The notes under the pieces are model-generated. The model was not told the origin of the DNA, did not search any database, and saw only the letters and a program-made list of their open reading frames with translations. The position numbers and the translations under genes were made by a program. Positions 9,637 to 19,734 of a stretch of DNA of 43,142 nt are shown here, piece after piece; position 1 is the first letter of the stretch; each line of letters begins with the position of its first letter. Source of the stretch: Candidatus Thorarchaeota archaeon (GTDB lineage Archaea > Asgardarchaeota > Thorarchaeia > Thorarchaeales > Thorarchaeaceae); assembly GCA_016840855.1 (NCBI GenBank), contig JAEORO010000024.1, positions 1-43,142 on the forward strand, given 5' to 3'.

Positions 9637-11523
9637 ATGCGGCACAAGTCCAGCTATCATCTCACGGAAACAGATGCACTCACTCTTAGCAGAGCGCACC
9701 GAAAAAGCATGGGCACATTCTATACACCTGAACCCCTAGCCAAGATGATAGCACAGGATGCAATATTTGCGTGGATCTCCGAGAGAGTAGGCAATGCGAT
9801 TCGAAGTCTCGATGACCTTCATAGAATGAGCTCACAAACTCAACAAACTCTACTCAAAGATGTGAGAAAGATCTCTATTCTCGACCCAGCTGTTGGAGAC
9901 GGTGTCTTCCTCAAATCTGCAGGCGAGTGGTTATCAAAGATACACATAGCACTAGGTGATGAAAATCCACACGAAGAGCAAAAAGCCATCATTGTTCGTG
10001 ATTGTCTTTACGGAGTTGACTTGGCAAAAAATGCTGTGAATTCATGCATCCAGAAACTAACAAAGTGGGGGGATATCACTTCTCCCTCAGAAGTATCAAA
10101 CTTCAAGGTTGGAAATAGTCTCGTGGGCTTGGCGCACTCAGCAATCCACGGATTGACTCATGATGAGCTCAACCTCAATCTAGCGAAAATGATGAATTCA
10201 AAAAAAACCAATGAAATCTTGGAGGATCTCAAAGAAACCCTTCCACTCCATTGGCATTTAGCTTTTCCAAATATTTTCTCAGGAAACTCCCCGGGTTTTG
10301 ATATAATCCTTGGAAATCCACCATATGGTAGTATCTTGGGACCCATCGAAAGGAAACATATCTCGAGGACTTACTTCGTTTCAGTAGGAGGTGGCAGAGA
10401 AGGGACATGGAATAGCGCGGCTCACTTTTTAGTGAGAGGAGTTTCTCTACTGAAACCTGGAGGACAACTTGGATTTCTAGTACCTAATAGTTTCTTAAGA
10501 GTCAAGCAGTTTTCGAAAACAAGAGATTTTCTACTAAGCAAAACAAAGCTATGGAAAATTGTTGATGAAGGTAGCCCTTTCGACAGTGTTACACTTGAAA
10601 TGGTCAGTATCTTTTGCGAGAGATTAGAAGCAGCTGAAGATAACAAAATTAGAGTTGAATCTAGGAGACCCGGACTCGAACAGTCGAATGTTGTATCATC
10701 GCGATTGCTTAAGGATAGTAAAGTCTTTCCAATCTATCACGATCAGATATTTTCAAAATTGCTTGAAAGAGGAAAGAAACATCTTCTTGTTGCTGGAAGA
10801 GGGCGAGACATCCCAAAAGCACATGTGAGAATGAAGAAGACATCTAAATTCAAGACACCCTATCTAACAAGTGGGAGAAGTGTCAGACGATATTGTATCA
10901 ACAACAACCATGTACTCTTTGCTGATGATTGGTTCCAAAAAGATTCAGGCATGATGGAATCGTTTCAAAGTGAGTTACTTGTTGCTACGAAAAACTACAG
11001 ATATCCTCGTTGCATAATAAAACCAAAGGGAATGGTACACGGTGGGGGCATAGTCAGAATTACTCCTCTTTATGATAAAGCTGATCTCCAAGTTCTGGGC
11101 TTAATTTTGAATTCTAAGCTCGTAAAACAAATTTGTATTAGATACCTTACTAATTACTCTCAGCTTACTTGCTGTTTGAACACAGGAATCATGGAAGAGA
11201 TACCACTTGTTCTACCTGAGCGACCACAGGTGTACAAAGAGCTGTTCAATGCATTAAGTAGGTTATATTCTAGGAAAGAGCACAATCAGAATTTGGAGTT
11301 CATCCTAGCGCTTGAAAGACTTGCAGACGCGCTAGTCTATTCATTATATTTTGGAGATGGAGATCTTGAACAACAGGTTTACGCAAGCACATATAATCTC
11401 TCTATCACTGCTCAAGAACCAGATATTATCAAGATGATCGAGGAGATTAATAGTAACCCTATTATTAGAGATCTAGAACATCTTAGTGAATTCCCTGCAG
11501 TAACAAAACTTCTTAGATACTGA
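9637..11523 (+). CDS. N6-adenine DNA methyltransferase, gamma class (Eco57I/TaqI-like) with C-terminal target-recognition region
   Basis: GTFYTP (motif X), ILDPAVGDGVFL (motif I), GFDIILGNPPY (motif IV), LGFLVPNSFL and LGLILNSKL. Confidence 0.9.
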   Translation: MRHKSSYHLTETDALTLSRAHRKSMGTFYTPEPLAKMIAQDAIFAWISERVGNAIRSLDDLHRMSSQTQQTLLKDVRKISILDPAVGDGVFLKSAGEWLSKIHIALGDENPHEEQKAIIVRDCLYGVDLAKNAVNSCIQKLTKWGDITSPSEVSNFKVGNSLVGLAHSAIHGLTHDELNLNLAKMMNSKKTNEILEDLKETLPLHWHLAFPNIFSGNSPGFDIILGNPPYGSILGPIERKHISRTYFVSVGGGREGTWNSAAHFLVRGVSLLKPGGQLGFLVPNSFLRVKQFSKTRDFLLSKTKLWKIVDEGSPFDSVTLEMVSIFCERLEAAEDNKIRVESRRPGLEQSNVVSSRLLKDSKVFPIYHDQIFSKLLERGKKHLLVAGRGRDIPKAHVRMKKTSKFKTPYLTSGRSVRRYCINNNHVLFADDWFQKDSGMMESFQSELLVATKNYRYPRCIIKPKGMVHGGGIVRITPLYDKADLQVLGLILNSKLVKQICIRYLTNYSQLTCCLNTGIMEEIPLVLPERPQVYKELFNALSRLYSRKEHNQNLEFILALERLADALVYSLYFGDGDLEQQVYASTYNLSITAQEPDIIKMIEEINSNPIIRDLEHLSEFPAVTKLLRY

Positions 11524-11563
11524 TGCTTAAATACGTGTACACCGAAACCCATCTGGACCAAGA

Positions 11564-12184
11564 ATGGACGAGGATAATTCGAAATCAGAGGACATGGCCA
11601 CAGAACTTATCGATGCCATTGATGATGCCGCTGATGATGAGATTGATGCCAAAGATGGACTTACAAAGAAAGAGCGAGAGATTGAAGTTAGTAGAGGATC
11701 GGAACGTCAAAGGAAAGCACAGGAATTAAGAAAACAATTACGTAAACGTCAGCTCGGACTACTCACCTATCGATGGCCAGCAGCCATATTGATCATCGGC
11801 GGGATTTTAGCTATCTCAACGGAATTCTTGCAGGTGATGGTTCGCGAAACCGGAGTACCTTCTGAAATTGGTTTTGACACCTATTTTGAAGCTGTCTTTA
11901 TTTCAGGTGGAGGAATATTCTTCCTATTTCCATTAATCACTGGAATATTCATGATAGTATTGAGTTATTTCTCCTACACAAACCCAAAAGCGACTTGGTT
12001 GGCGATTATTCCAGCAGCTATGCTTGTTATGTCCGGAGGCTATGTCTTTTTCCTAGTTACTTTCGCAGTGACTGTTCAACCTGAATTAGCGGGGTTGATT
12101 TATGCAACACCTACGGCAATATCCATGATTATTGCAGGAATATTAGCACTCCTAGCAATTGCTATGAAGGAGAAAGAAGACTAG
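11564..12184 (+). CDS. Membrane protein (4 TM) with acidic/charged N-terminus
   Basis: 206 aa; charged helical N-terminus, then four hydrophobic segments. Confidence 0.8.
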   Translation: MDEDNSKSEDMATELIDAIDDAADDEIDAKDGLTKKEREIEVSRGSERQRKAQELRKQLRKRQLGLLTYRWPAAILIIGGILAISTEFLQVMVRETGVPSEIGFDTYFEAVFISGGGIFFLFPLITGIFMIVLSYFSYTNPKATWLAIIPAAMLVMSGGYVFFLVTFAVTVQPELAGLIYATPTAISMIIAGILALLAIAMKEKED

Positions 12185-12756
12185 TCAGTAAGAAATTCAT
12201 CAAGTCGGCTTTCATCTTCAAGCATAGTCATCCAGTCAATTCGAGTCGGTGAAGATTTGTGCTTCATCAACTCTTCAATCTTTTCCACAGTTTGGGGTGC
12301 GCTTAGTTCTGATGTATCTATTTCGAAGACCTTAGATTCACCAAAGGAGTCAATTGCATCCATCTGACATACTCCGATGACTTCAGCTTCAACATTCTCA
12401 ATCACTTTTTCACGCGGGTATTTTCGTTTAGCTAGACGGTCCCTTAGTATTTCAGGATGTGTTCTTAGAATGAAGACCCACTGAACAGAGGAACTAGGAA
12501 CTAGATCTATGTAGTGTCCTTCAATGACTATTCTTCTACTCCGGTCATCAGTTAAATCAAGGAGAGCTTCAACGAGGCAGTCCTCATTAATAATGCCAGT
12601 ATTGCGTGCTTTGTCCTCTGCAGTTACACACCCAGATTCATCAGCAAACTCACCTAAGGAGATAACTTCCACACTTAACCTGCTTGCGAGTATCTTCGCA
12701 ACAACTGTCTTCCCAGTTCCAGGCGACCCACCTACAAGTATGACGGACATGCGCAT
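12181..12756 (-). CDS. Adenylate kinase, AK6/Fap7 (hCINAP) type
   Basis: GGSPGTGKT P-loop, IEGHY, LRTHPEILRDRL..RKY..EKVIENVEAE. Start trimmed to MRMSV. Confidence 0.9.
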   Translation of the reverse strand: MRMSVILVGGSPGTGKTVVAKILASRLSVEVISLGEFADESGCVTAEDKARNTGIINEDCLVEALLDLTDDRSRRIVIEGHYIDLVPSSSVQWVFILRTHPEILRDRLAKRKYPREKVIENVEAEVIGVCQMDAIDSFGESKVFEIDTSELSAPQTVEKIEELMKHKSSPTRIDWMTMLEDESRLDEFLTD

Positions 12757-12850
12757 GCTCCGAATCATATCCAAGATAAGCTTTAGGTAAGCAACAAGAA
12801 ATCCACTTGCATAAGCAATAAAAGATGAATGAAGTTTGAATTGTACAGAC

Positions 12851-13357
12851 ATGAATGAGTCCATTAATATCCGTCAATTTCATCCAGATGATATCAGAGA
12901 GGTAGTTTCAATTAATCAGCGATGCCTACCTGAGAATTATCCAGATCAGTTCTTCATGGGACTCTATTATCACGCACCTAAGGCATTCTGTGTTGCTGAA
13001 TACGATGGTGAGGTAGTTGGGTACATTATGTGCAGGATTGAAAGGGGAATCTCTGGATTTGGACGGATGCCAGCCAAGAAGGGGCATATTGTTTCTGTCG
13101 CGGTACTCAAGTCTATGAGGCATAAAGGAATTGGAACTGCTCTTATTAGCGCAGGAATGGAGGGTATGAAGGGCTATGGAGCCAGTGAATTTTTCCTAGA
13201 AGTGCGAAAAACGAATGAGGATGCAATTGGTGTCTATGAAAAACTAGGTTATTCAGTCCGTCGCGTTTTGAGGGGATATTATCGCGATGGCGAAGATGCA
13301 TATTTGATGATTAAGAAAGATGACAGCACCTCAGAGGATGGATCTGCGGATGTCTGA
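12851..13357 (+). CDS. ard1: Ard1/RimI-type N-terminal acetyltransferase
   Basis: INQRCLPENY, VVGYIMCRIE, KGHIVSVAV, LEVRKTN, YYRDGEDAYLM. Confidence 0.9.
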   Translation: MNESINIRQFHPDDIREVVSINQRCLPENYPDQFFMGLYYHAPKAFCVAEYDGEVVGYIMCRIERGISGFGRMPAKKGHIVSVAVLKSMRHKGIGTALISAGMEGMKGYGASEFFLEVRKTNEDAIGVYEKLGYSVRRVLRGYYRDGEDAYLMIKKDDSTSEDGSADV

Positions 13358-14267
13358 CCGAATTGTGGTCCCACTCATTCCGGAATGCTCCGCATGTATT
13401 GCTAACAGTCTCAAAACATTGATTCCAAATCTCACAGAAGATGAGGAAGAGCAGAAAAAGCTGTTCTCATTTGCTTTCAAACGAATATCAGAGGGATTTG
13501 AAAAAAGACTCCCTCCAATACTTTTGTCAATTCAGCTCTATCAAGAGTTATACAAGATGAAGGGAGTAAATGACCCATATTATAACATCAAGAAACTAAG
13601 TACGGATTCAGCAATCAATGCATTGCCAATAATTGAGAAGAAGATAGACAATCTTGATGGATATGACAGGTTGCGGGCTTGTTTGGCAGCATCCATCACG
13701 GGTAATGTCATCGACTTCAACACAGCTGAGCACAGACCCAATCTTGACACCTTAGTGGATGTGTTTGATACCATACTCGCACAAGGATTCGCTATTGATG
13801 ATTCAGCTCAACTATGGAGGTCCTTGACCGCAAGAAAGGGAGAACTTCTTTTCATTGCAGATAATGCAGGCGAGGTCATTCTAGACATTCCACTCCTCAG
13901 ACTATTGAGGGATCTCAAGTGGCACACAACATTTGTGGTGAAAGGTAAAGCTATGATTAACGACGCAACTGAAGATGATGTGCGAGGAACCGAGATTGAG
14001 CAGCTAACGACTATTACAACCAGTGGTGCATGGGCACATGGTGTCCCAATTCAATATGTTAGCCAAGAGTTCCTTCAATTAGTGTCTGAGAGCGACATTA
14101 TCATCTCGAAAGGGCAAGCAAACATCGAGACTGTTCCCGAGATACAAGAGAAGACAGGCGTTGAAACATATTATATTACAAAAGCAAAGTGCTCTCATAT
14201 CTCTCAAGCAATTGGTGCAAACCGGGGAGACAATGTGATTCTGCGACGACCTAAAATTGCCGCTTAA
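13350..14267 (+). CDS. DUF89/ARMT1-like damage-control phosphatase
   Basis: ECSAC, DPY, GNVIDF, DNAGE, NDAT, SKGQANIE and KAKC motifs; overlaps the ard1 stop. Confidence 0.9.
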   Translation: MSDRIVVPLIPECSACIANSLKTLIPNLTEDEEEQKKLFSFAFKRISEGFEKRLPPILLSIQLYQELYKMKGVNDPYYNIKKLSTDSAINALPIIEKKIDNLDGYDRLRACLAASITGNVIDFNTAEHRPNLDTLVDVFDTILAQGFAIDDSAQLWRSLTARKGELLFIADNAGEVILDIPLLRLLRDLKWHTTFVVKGKAMINDATEDDVRGTEIEQLTTITTSGAWAHGVPIQYVSQEFLQLVSESDIIISKGQANIETVPEIQEKTGVETYYITKAKCSHISQAIGANRGDNVILRRPKIAA

Positions 14268-14321
14268 AAGCAACGTTTAAAAACGAAAGATTCCGCGAAG
14301 TGCATGTACAGTTTTCTTGAA

Positions 14322-14367
14322 CTGGTCGGAATCAGTCAGTATTATGTCAACTGGCGAATTTGACCAG
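14322..14367 (+). promoter_or_regulatory. Structured 5' leader hairpin before the thermosome gene
   Basis: CTGGTCGGA/TTTGACCAG and GTCAGT/ACTGGC stems immediately before the GGGAGG SD; TATA-like TTTAAA lies within palindrome CGTTT-AA-AAACG near 14275-14285. Confidence 0.5.
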
Positions 14368-14386
14368 GAAAGGGAGGAACTAATTG

Positions 14387-16027
14387 ATGAGTCAACAAGT
14401 ACCGGTTATAGTTCTAAAAGAAGACACCGAGAGAACACGTGGTCGTGATGCTCAGAGAAATAATATCATGGCCGCAATTGTGATTGCTGAAGCAGTAAAG
14501 TCCGCTCTTGGGCCCAAGGGTATGGACAAAATGCTCGTTGATAGTTTCGGTGATATTACAGTCAGCAACGATGGAGCGACAATCTTGAAAGAGATGGATG
14601 TTGCCCACCCCGCTGCTAAGATGGTGATTGAGGTCGCCAAGACCGTGGATTCTGAGGTTGGAGATGGTACGACTACTGCAGCCATTCTCACTGGCGATCT
14701 ATTGAAACAGGCTGAAACTCTACTTGACCAGAAAATCCATCCAACCACGATAATCAGTGGTTACAGAAAAGCAACACAGAAGGCTTTGGAGGTCATTGAG
14801 TCAGTCGAAGAGAAAGTGGACACAACAGATAAGGACTACAAGAAAATCCTCACTGATGTTGCGAAGACTTCAATGTCAAGTAAGTTTGTTGCTGGTTCAA
14901 GAGATGTACTAGCCAAAATTGTGGTTGATGCAGTCTTAGCAGTTGCAAAAGACCTGCCGGATGGCGAAGAACTAGATATTGAAAACATTCCGCGACAGAA
15001 ACAAGAAGGAATGCCTGTTGATAGAACTGAACTCGTAAAGGGTCTTGTTCTCGACAAAGAGATTGTTCACGCTGGAATGCCAAAGAGGATTGAGAATGCC
15101 AAGATTGCCCTATTGGAAGCAGCTCTTGAGGTGACCAAAACAGAGTTCGATGCCAAGATCTCAATAACTGCTCCAAGCTCCATGCAAAGCTTCCTGGATG
15201 AGGAAGAACGCATGCTAAAGAGCATGGTAGATAAGATTGTTGAATCTGGAGCAAACGTGGTCATTGCACAAAAGGGCATTGATGATGTTGTTCAGCATTA
15301 CCTAGCAAAAGAAGGCATCATGGCTGTCAGAAGAATAAAGAAGTCAGATGTTGAGCGTGTCCACAAGACTACAGGTGCAACAATTGTTTCCAAGATTCAG
15401 AACCTGACAGCAGCAGACTTGGGTACCGCAAAGCTCATTGAGCAAAGAGTTGTGGGAGATGACAAAATGCTGTTCGTCGAAGGCACACCTAAGTCAAGTG
15501 TTGTCACACTTCTTGTCAGGGGTGGAACTGACCACATTGTCGATGAGGTTGACCGTGCTTTGAACGATGCCCTCTATGTTGTTAGAGATGTGATCATGCA
15601 TCCTGCAGTAACATATGGTGGTGGTGCATTAGCTGCAGAGATTTCAAAACAACTTAGGGACTATTCATCAACTCTTGAAGGTCGTGAGCAGTACGCAGTC
15701 AACGCCTACGCAGATGCCATTGAGTCATTACCAAACACCCTAGCAGAAAATGCAGGACTGGACCCTATTGATGTGATTGTCGACCTAAGGAAGGCTCATA
15801 CAGAAGGGAAAATGTATCATGGAATCAACATTACAAAGGGCAAAGTAGATGATATGAAAGCTGCACGTGTTGTTGAGGCAGCTGTGGTCAATCGGCAGAT
15901 TGTTATGTCAGCAGCTGAGGCAGCACAGATGATTCTAAAGATCGATGACGTCATCAGCTCCAAAGGCACTCCCGGCATGGGTGGTGGACCTGGCGGAGAT
16001 GCTGGCGACATGGGCGACGACGAATAG
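14387..16027 (+). CDS. ths: Thermosome (group II chaperonin) subunit
   Basis: LGPKGMDKMLVD, SNDGATIL, GDGTTT, TLAENAG, ILKIDD and a GM-rich acidic tail. Confidence 0.97.
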   Translation: MSQQVPVIVLKEDTERTRGRDAQRNNIMAAIVIAEAVKSALGPKGMDKMLVDSFGDITVSNDGATILKEMDVAHPAAKMVIEVAKTVDSEVGDGTTTAAILTGDLLKQAETLLDQKIHPTTIISGYRKATQKALEVIESVEEKVDTTDKDYKKILTDVAKTSMSSKFVAGSRDVLAKIVVDAVLAVAKDLPDGEELDIENIPRQKQEGMPVDRTELVKGLVLDKEIVHAGMPKRIENAKIALLEAALEVTKTEFDAKISITAPSSMQSFLDEEERMLKSMVDKIVESGANVVIAQKGIDDVVQHYLAKEGIMAVRRIKKSDVERVHKTTGATIVSKIQNLTAADLGTAKLIEQRVVGDDKMLFVEGTPKSSVVTLLVRGGTDHIVDEVDRALNDALYVVRDVIMHPAVTYGGGALAAEISKQLRDYSSTLEGREQYAVNAYADAIESLPNTLAENAGLDPIDVIVDLRKAHTEGKMYHGINITKGKVDDMKAARVVEAAVVNRQIVMSAAEAAQMILKIDDVISSKGTPGMGGGPGGDAGDMGDDE

Positions 16028-16063
16028 AAAGAGTCAAACGTAGAACGAAATCAGGTGTAGCAC

Positions 16064-16744
16064 ATGTCAGAAGGCTCTGAACAACCCAAAAAAGAAGAAA
16101 ATGAGGCTGATGAATCAGATGAGCCAACCCTAGAAGAGGTCGTGGCTCTCTTGACCAACATACCAGGGGTCGGTCCAAAGACTGCAGAAAAACTTGCAGC
16201 TGCGGGCTTTGACACTTTGGAGAAAGTTGTGAAAGCTGATAAAGAAGTTCTTGCGGCCGCTGTTGCGGGACTGAGTGTAGCAAAGGCAGAAGCCACGATA
16301 GCTGATGCAGCCGATCTTCTGGAGAAGGTCAAGTCCGGAGCCATTGATTTGACTGGCAAATCGAAGTCGAAGAGGAAAAAAGCTCCTGAACCTGAACCAG
16401 ATAGACACGAGCTTGAACCTATCGCTGCTGTCGCTAAGGCTGAGGAACGTAAGAGACTCATGACTGGTTACGAAGAAGAGAAGTCTGCGATGGGGATTCC
16501 GGTTGGTCCTAAGTGGCTAACTAAATTCGAAAAAGCCAGAATCATTGGTGCGCGAGCCCTTCAGATTTCCATGGGCGCTCCTGTGTTGATCGATATGAAA
16601 ACAGCACCAAAGGGACGCTTTGGTTTTGCAGAAGCGGAACTCAAAGCTGGAGTTCTACCTATGACAGTTCGTAGGACTCTTCCTACAGGCGAGAGTCACG
16701 ACATACCATTGTCAATACTCTTGAAGCATACGAGGTTGGACTAG
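16064..16744 (+). CDS. rpo6: RNA polymerase subunit Rpo6 (RpoK/omega) with N-terminal acidic tail and HhH domain
   Basis: C-terminal [24 protein letters not shown]...[17 protein letters not shown]; N-terminal [19 protein letters not shown]. Confidence 0.92.
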   Translation: MSEGSEQPKKEENEADESDEPTLEEVVALLTNIPGVGPKTAEKLAAAGFDTLEKVVKADKEVLAAAVAGLSVAKAEATIADAADLLEKVKSGAIDLTGKSKSKRKKAPEPEPDRHELEPIAAVAKAEERKRLMTGYEEEKSAMGIPVGPKWLTKFEKARIIGARALQISMGAPVLIDMKTAPKGRFGFAEAELKAGVLPMTVRRTLPTGESHDIPLSILLKHTRLD

Positions 16745-16843
16745 TTCCAACTTCGCTTCTCATTTTATTTTGAGCTGTCACATTGTGCAATCATACGACG
16801 TCTTAAAAGCAAGTCAATCTAGACGTATATTTCCTAGTGGTGA

Positions 16844-18169
16844 GTGGAATTGCAGGAATTACTACCCAGCACATCATTAATTGCAAAGATTCTACTAGGT
16901 TTTGTAGTTGGTGGCTTAATCGGCTTAGAACGGCAAAAGAAGATGGATGTTGACCGTGTTGTGGGAGTCAGGTCATTTGGACTACATAGTCTGTTTGGGA
17001 CGCTTGCTGCATACTCATCAACACTAACTGAAGATTATACAATTCTAATTTATGCAATTGCTATTTCCACTATGCTAACAGCAGCTCAGATCTACTATAA
17101 GATGTTCAGGACACCAGGCAAGGGACAGACAACTCCTCTTGTCTTTGCAATATCTTTCGTCTTGGGAATCTTAGTAGGATTGGATACAACTGTAGATAGT
17201 CAAATCTTTGGTACACTTTCTGTGTTGGCAATGACTGTGTCATTTGGTGTCTTCATTGTTCTCTGGTTCAAAGAAGAATTGGCTCATGCTGTTGAAGTTA
17301 TAACACGAGATGAGATGATAAGCGCAGTCGAATTAGGCGTCATAATACTCTTCCTTTGGCCCATTATGCCAGAAACGGTCATGGTAGGGACAATTGCATA
17401 TCCTGCATTCACGATATACTTGTTGATTGTGATTCTTCTCGCCGTCAGCTTTGCTAACTACTTGTTGGTGAAAAAGTACAAGGATAAAGGAATCTTCTTC
17501 TTCGGATTCTTTGCAGGGCTAGCTAATAGTGAAGCTGCTGTATCCAGTGTAACTGACTTCTATGTAAATTCAGAACGAAGAGGAACTGCAAAAATCTCAA
17601 TATCAATAATTCTAGCAAATGTTGCAATGGTTGTCAGGAATGGATTTCTCCTCTTAATTCTAGATAGTTCTTTCAGACTTCTTTCACTCTTTATCGTACC
17701 TATGATGATTATCATCGTTATAAGTATGGTTCGAATTATTCTTGAGGAGCATTCTGAACACCATGGGGAGGGGCAAGAGTTTGATACTAAGCTTGTATCT
17801 CCCTTTGAGTTTGGAGCCGCCCTTCGATTTGCAGCAATATTTGCTGTCGTCTATTTGGTCCAATTGGTCCTCACTCAATATTTCAGTGATCCCGGGTTGA
17901 TTGTTGCTTCAATAATTGGAGGTTTTGTATCAGCAGGTGCTGTAGTTGCTGGTGCTGCAACTCTATTCGTGTCTGGACAGATAACAATCTCAGTTGCAGT
18001 GCCTGTGATTATCCTTGCAACAATCATGTCAGTGTTGAACAAAATGTTGTATGTGTACCTTGCAGATAGAGAAACTAAGTTATTGAAGACTGTAACACGA
18101 GATTCAGTCATTGTCGGTGTATTGTTTACAGTGTACTTAGCACTCGTGTCACTCGGTGTGCTGGTATAG
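16844..18169 (+). CDS. MgtC/SapB N-domain plus DUF4010 membrane protein
   Basis: GGLIGLERQ, GVRSFGL, GFFAGLANSEAA and SPFEFGAALRF motifs. Confidence 0.85.
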   Translation: MELQELLPSTSLIAKILLGFVVGGLIGLERQKKMDVDRVVGVRSFGLHSLFGTLAAYSSTLTEDYTILIYAIAISTMLTAAQIYYKMFRTPGKGQTTPLVFAISFVLGILVGLDTTVDSQIFGTLSVLAMTVSFGVFIVLWFKEELAHAVEVITRDEMISAVELGVIILFLWPIMPETVMVGTIAYPAFTIYLLIVILLAVSFANYLLVKKYKDKGIFFFGFFAGLANSEAAVSSVTDFYVNSERRGTAKISISIILANVAMVVRNGFLLLILDSSFRLLSLFIVPMMIIIVISMVRIILEEHSEHHGEGQEFDTKLVSPFEFGAALRFAAIFAVVYLVQLVLTQYFSDPGLIVASIIGGFVSAGAVVAGAATLFVSGQITISVAVPVIILATIMSVLNKMLYVYLADRETKLLKTVTRDSVIVGVLFTVYLALVSLGVLV

Positions 18170-18329
18170 ATATCAATAGAAACGCCATCACAAGACTTAA
18201 AGTAGAAAAATCAGACTCGCAGTTGGTGACAAATGTGTTGGTTGGTGGACTTGTTCATCAAAATGACTAGACTTAGTGTAACCTCTGTCAACCCAACCTG
18301 TAACCGATACGTATTCTGGAGGAATTCCA

Positions 18330-19643
18330 ATGAGTGAGATGAGAACAGTAAGGGGTATGAGAGACCTCATGGGCCTTGAGATGCGAGTCAAGAATTACCT
18401 CATGGCTACAGCCGTTGAGGTCTTTGAACAATATGGGTATGAACCTTTGGACTCTCCGGTAATGGAACTCTGGGAAACATTATCAGCAAAGGGTGGAGAA
18501 GAGGTTGAGGCTGAAACATTCAAGTTCACGGACAAGGGTGAACGAGAGGTTGGTCTCAGATTTGATCTCACAGTTCCTCTAGCGAGGATTGTTGCTACGA
18601 ACCCCCATTTGCCGAAGCCATTCAAACGATATGCTGTTGGAAAAGCATGGAGGTATGATAGACCTCAAGCTGGAAGATATCGTGAATTTGAACAAGCAGA
18701 TGTTGACATCATCGGAACTGATAGTGCAGCAGCAGACGCAGAAGTAGTTCTCATAGCACTTGAGTTTCTAAAACGTGTCCTTAGTTCAGATTATATAATC
18801 CGTATCAATAACCGGAAGGTCCTTCGTGGCATGACCGAAATTGCAGGAGTAAGTGATGAACTTGCGTATGATTGTTTTAGAGCAATAGATAAACTAGACA
18901 AGATAGGAAAAGAGGGAGTCATGCAGGAGCTTAGCGAGAGAGGGATTGGAAAGAAACAAAGTAGATTCCTAATCGATGCGATAGAACTCAAAGGCAAAGG
19001 AGTTAAGGTTCTTGAAAAGTTTAGAAACATCCTCAAAGATTCTAGGATTGGTATTGAGGGTGCAGATGAACTAACCTTGATGGCTGAAATATTCGAAGAA
19101 AGCGGAGTATCAGACTTGGTTGAGTTTGATATGTCACTTGCTAGAGGTCTAGACTATTACACAGGTCCGGTCTTTGAAGGCAGATACATAGGTAAACCAG
19201 AAGTCGGTGCTATACTGGGTGGAGGTCGGTATGACAAGCTCATCGAAAAATTTGGAGGAGTAGCGACACCTGCTACTGGGATATCATTAGGTATTGGAAG
19301 AATGATTGATATTGTACTTGCCAGAGGTATTGGAAAAGATTTGGTGAAGCCGCTTGATGTTTTTGTAGCTCCAATCTCACGCTCTATGCTAAGATATGCA
19401 ATGTCATTCCAAAGCAAACTCGTCCAAGCAGGATTGTCATGCGAAGTTGATTTGATGGAAAGACCATTGAAGAAACTCCTTGAACAAGCAGACCTAAGGA
19501 ATGCAAAGTACACTATCATCGTAGGGGAACGAGATTTAGAGAGAGGAGAAGTCAGTATCCGGGACATGTCGTCTAAAAAGACCGAACAAGTCAAAATGAC
19601 CGCGTTGACAGAGTATATTGTTAATGTTCTTAGAAATGAATAG
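18330..19643 (+). CDS. hisS: Histidine--tRNA ligase
   Basis: RGMRD, LRFDLTVPLAR, RYDRPQAGRYREFEQ, ARGLDYYTG, GGGRYD and a C-terminal anticodon-binding domain. Confidence 0.98.
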   Translation: MSEMRTVRGMRDLMGLEMRVKNYLMATAVEVFEQYGYEPLDSPVMELWETLSAKGGEEVEAETFKFTDKGEREVGLRFDLTVPLARIVATNPHLPKPFKRYAVGKAWRYDRPQAGRYREFEQADVDIIGTDSAAADAEVVLIALEFLKRVLSSDYIIRINNRKVLRGMTEIAGVSDELAYDCFRAIDKLDKIGKEGVMQELSERGIGKKQSRFLIDAIELKGKGVKVLEKFRNILKDSRIGIEGADELTLMAEIFEESGVSDLVEFDMSLARGLDYYTGPVFEGRYIGKPEVGAILGGGRYDKLIEKFGGVATPATGISLGIGRMIDIVLARGIGKDLVKPLDVFVAPISRSMLRYAMSFQSKLVQAGLSCEVDLMERPLKKLLEQADLRNAKYTIIVGERDLERGEVSIRDMSSKKTEQVKMTALTEYIVNVLRNE

Positions 19644-19734
19644 GGCTCATTTTAGATCGGATTTCTCTAGGGGAAGATGTTACAGAGACCAAAGGCTTTT
19701 CTCATAGAGATTCTATACTGTCAGTGGGATTTCA

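Noticed and set aside
9637-11523. Type IIG restriction-modification fusion or BREX/DISARM defence island
   Set aside because: No N-terminal nuclease region and no accompanying defence genes.
12757-12864. Long N-terminal extensions given by the ORF track (AK6; also DUF89, MFS, thiQ, SDR)
   Set aside because: They overlap promoters or neighbouring genes; downstream ATGs match the family N-termini.
14414-16461. Multiple antisense ORFs over the thermosome and rpo6 genes (likewise over SPFH, hisS and the MFS gene)
   Set aside because: Typical antisense open frames from codon bias, with no protein-like motifs.
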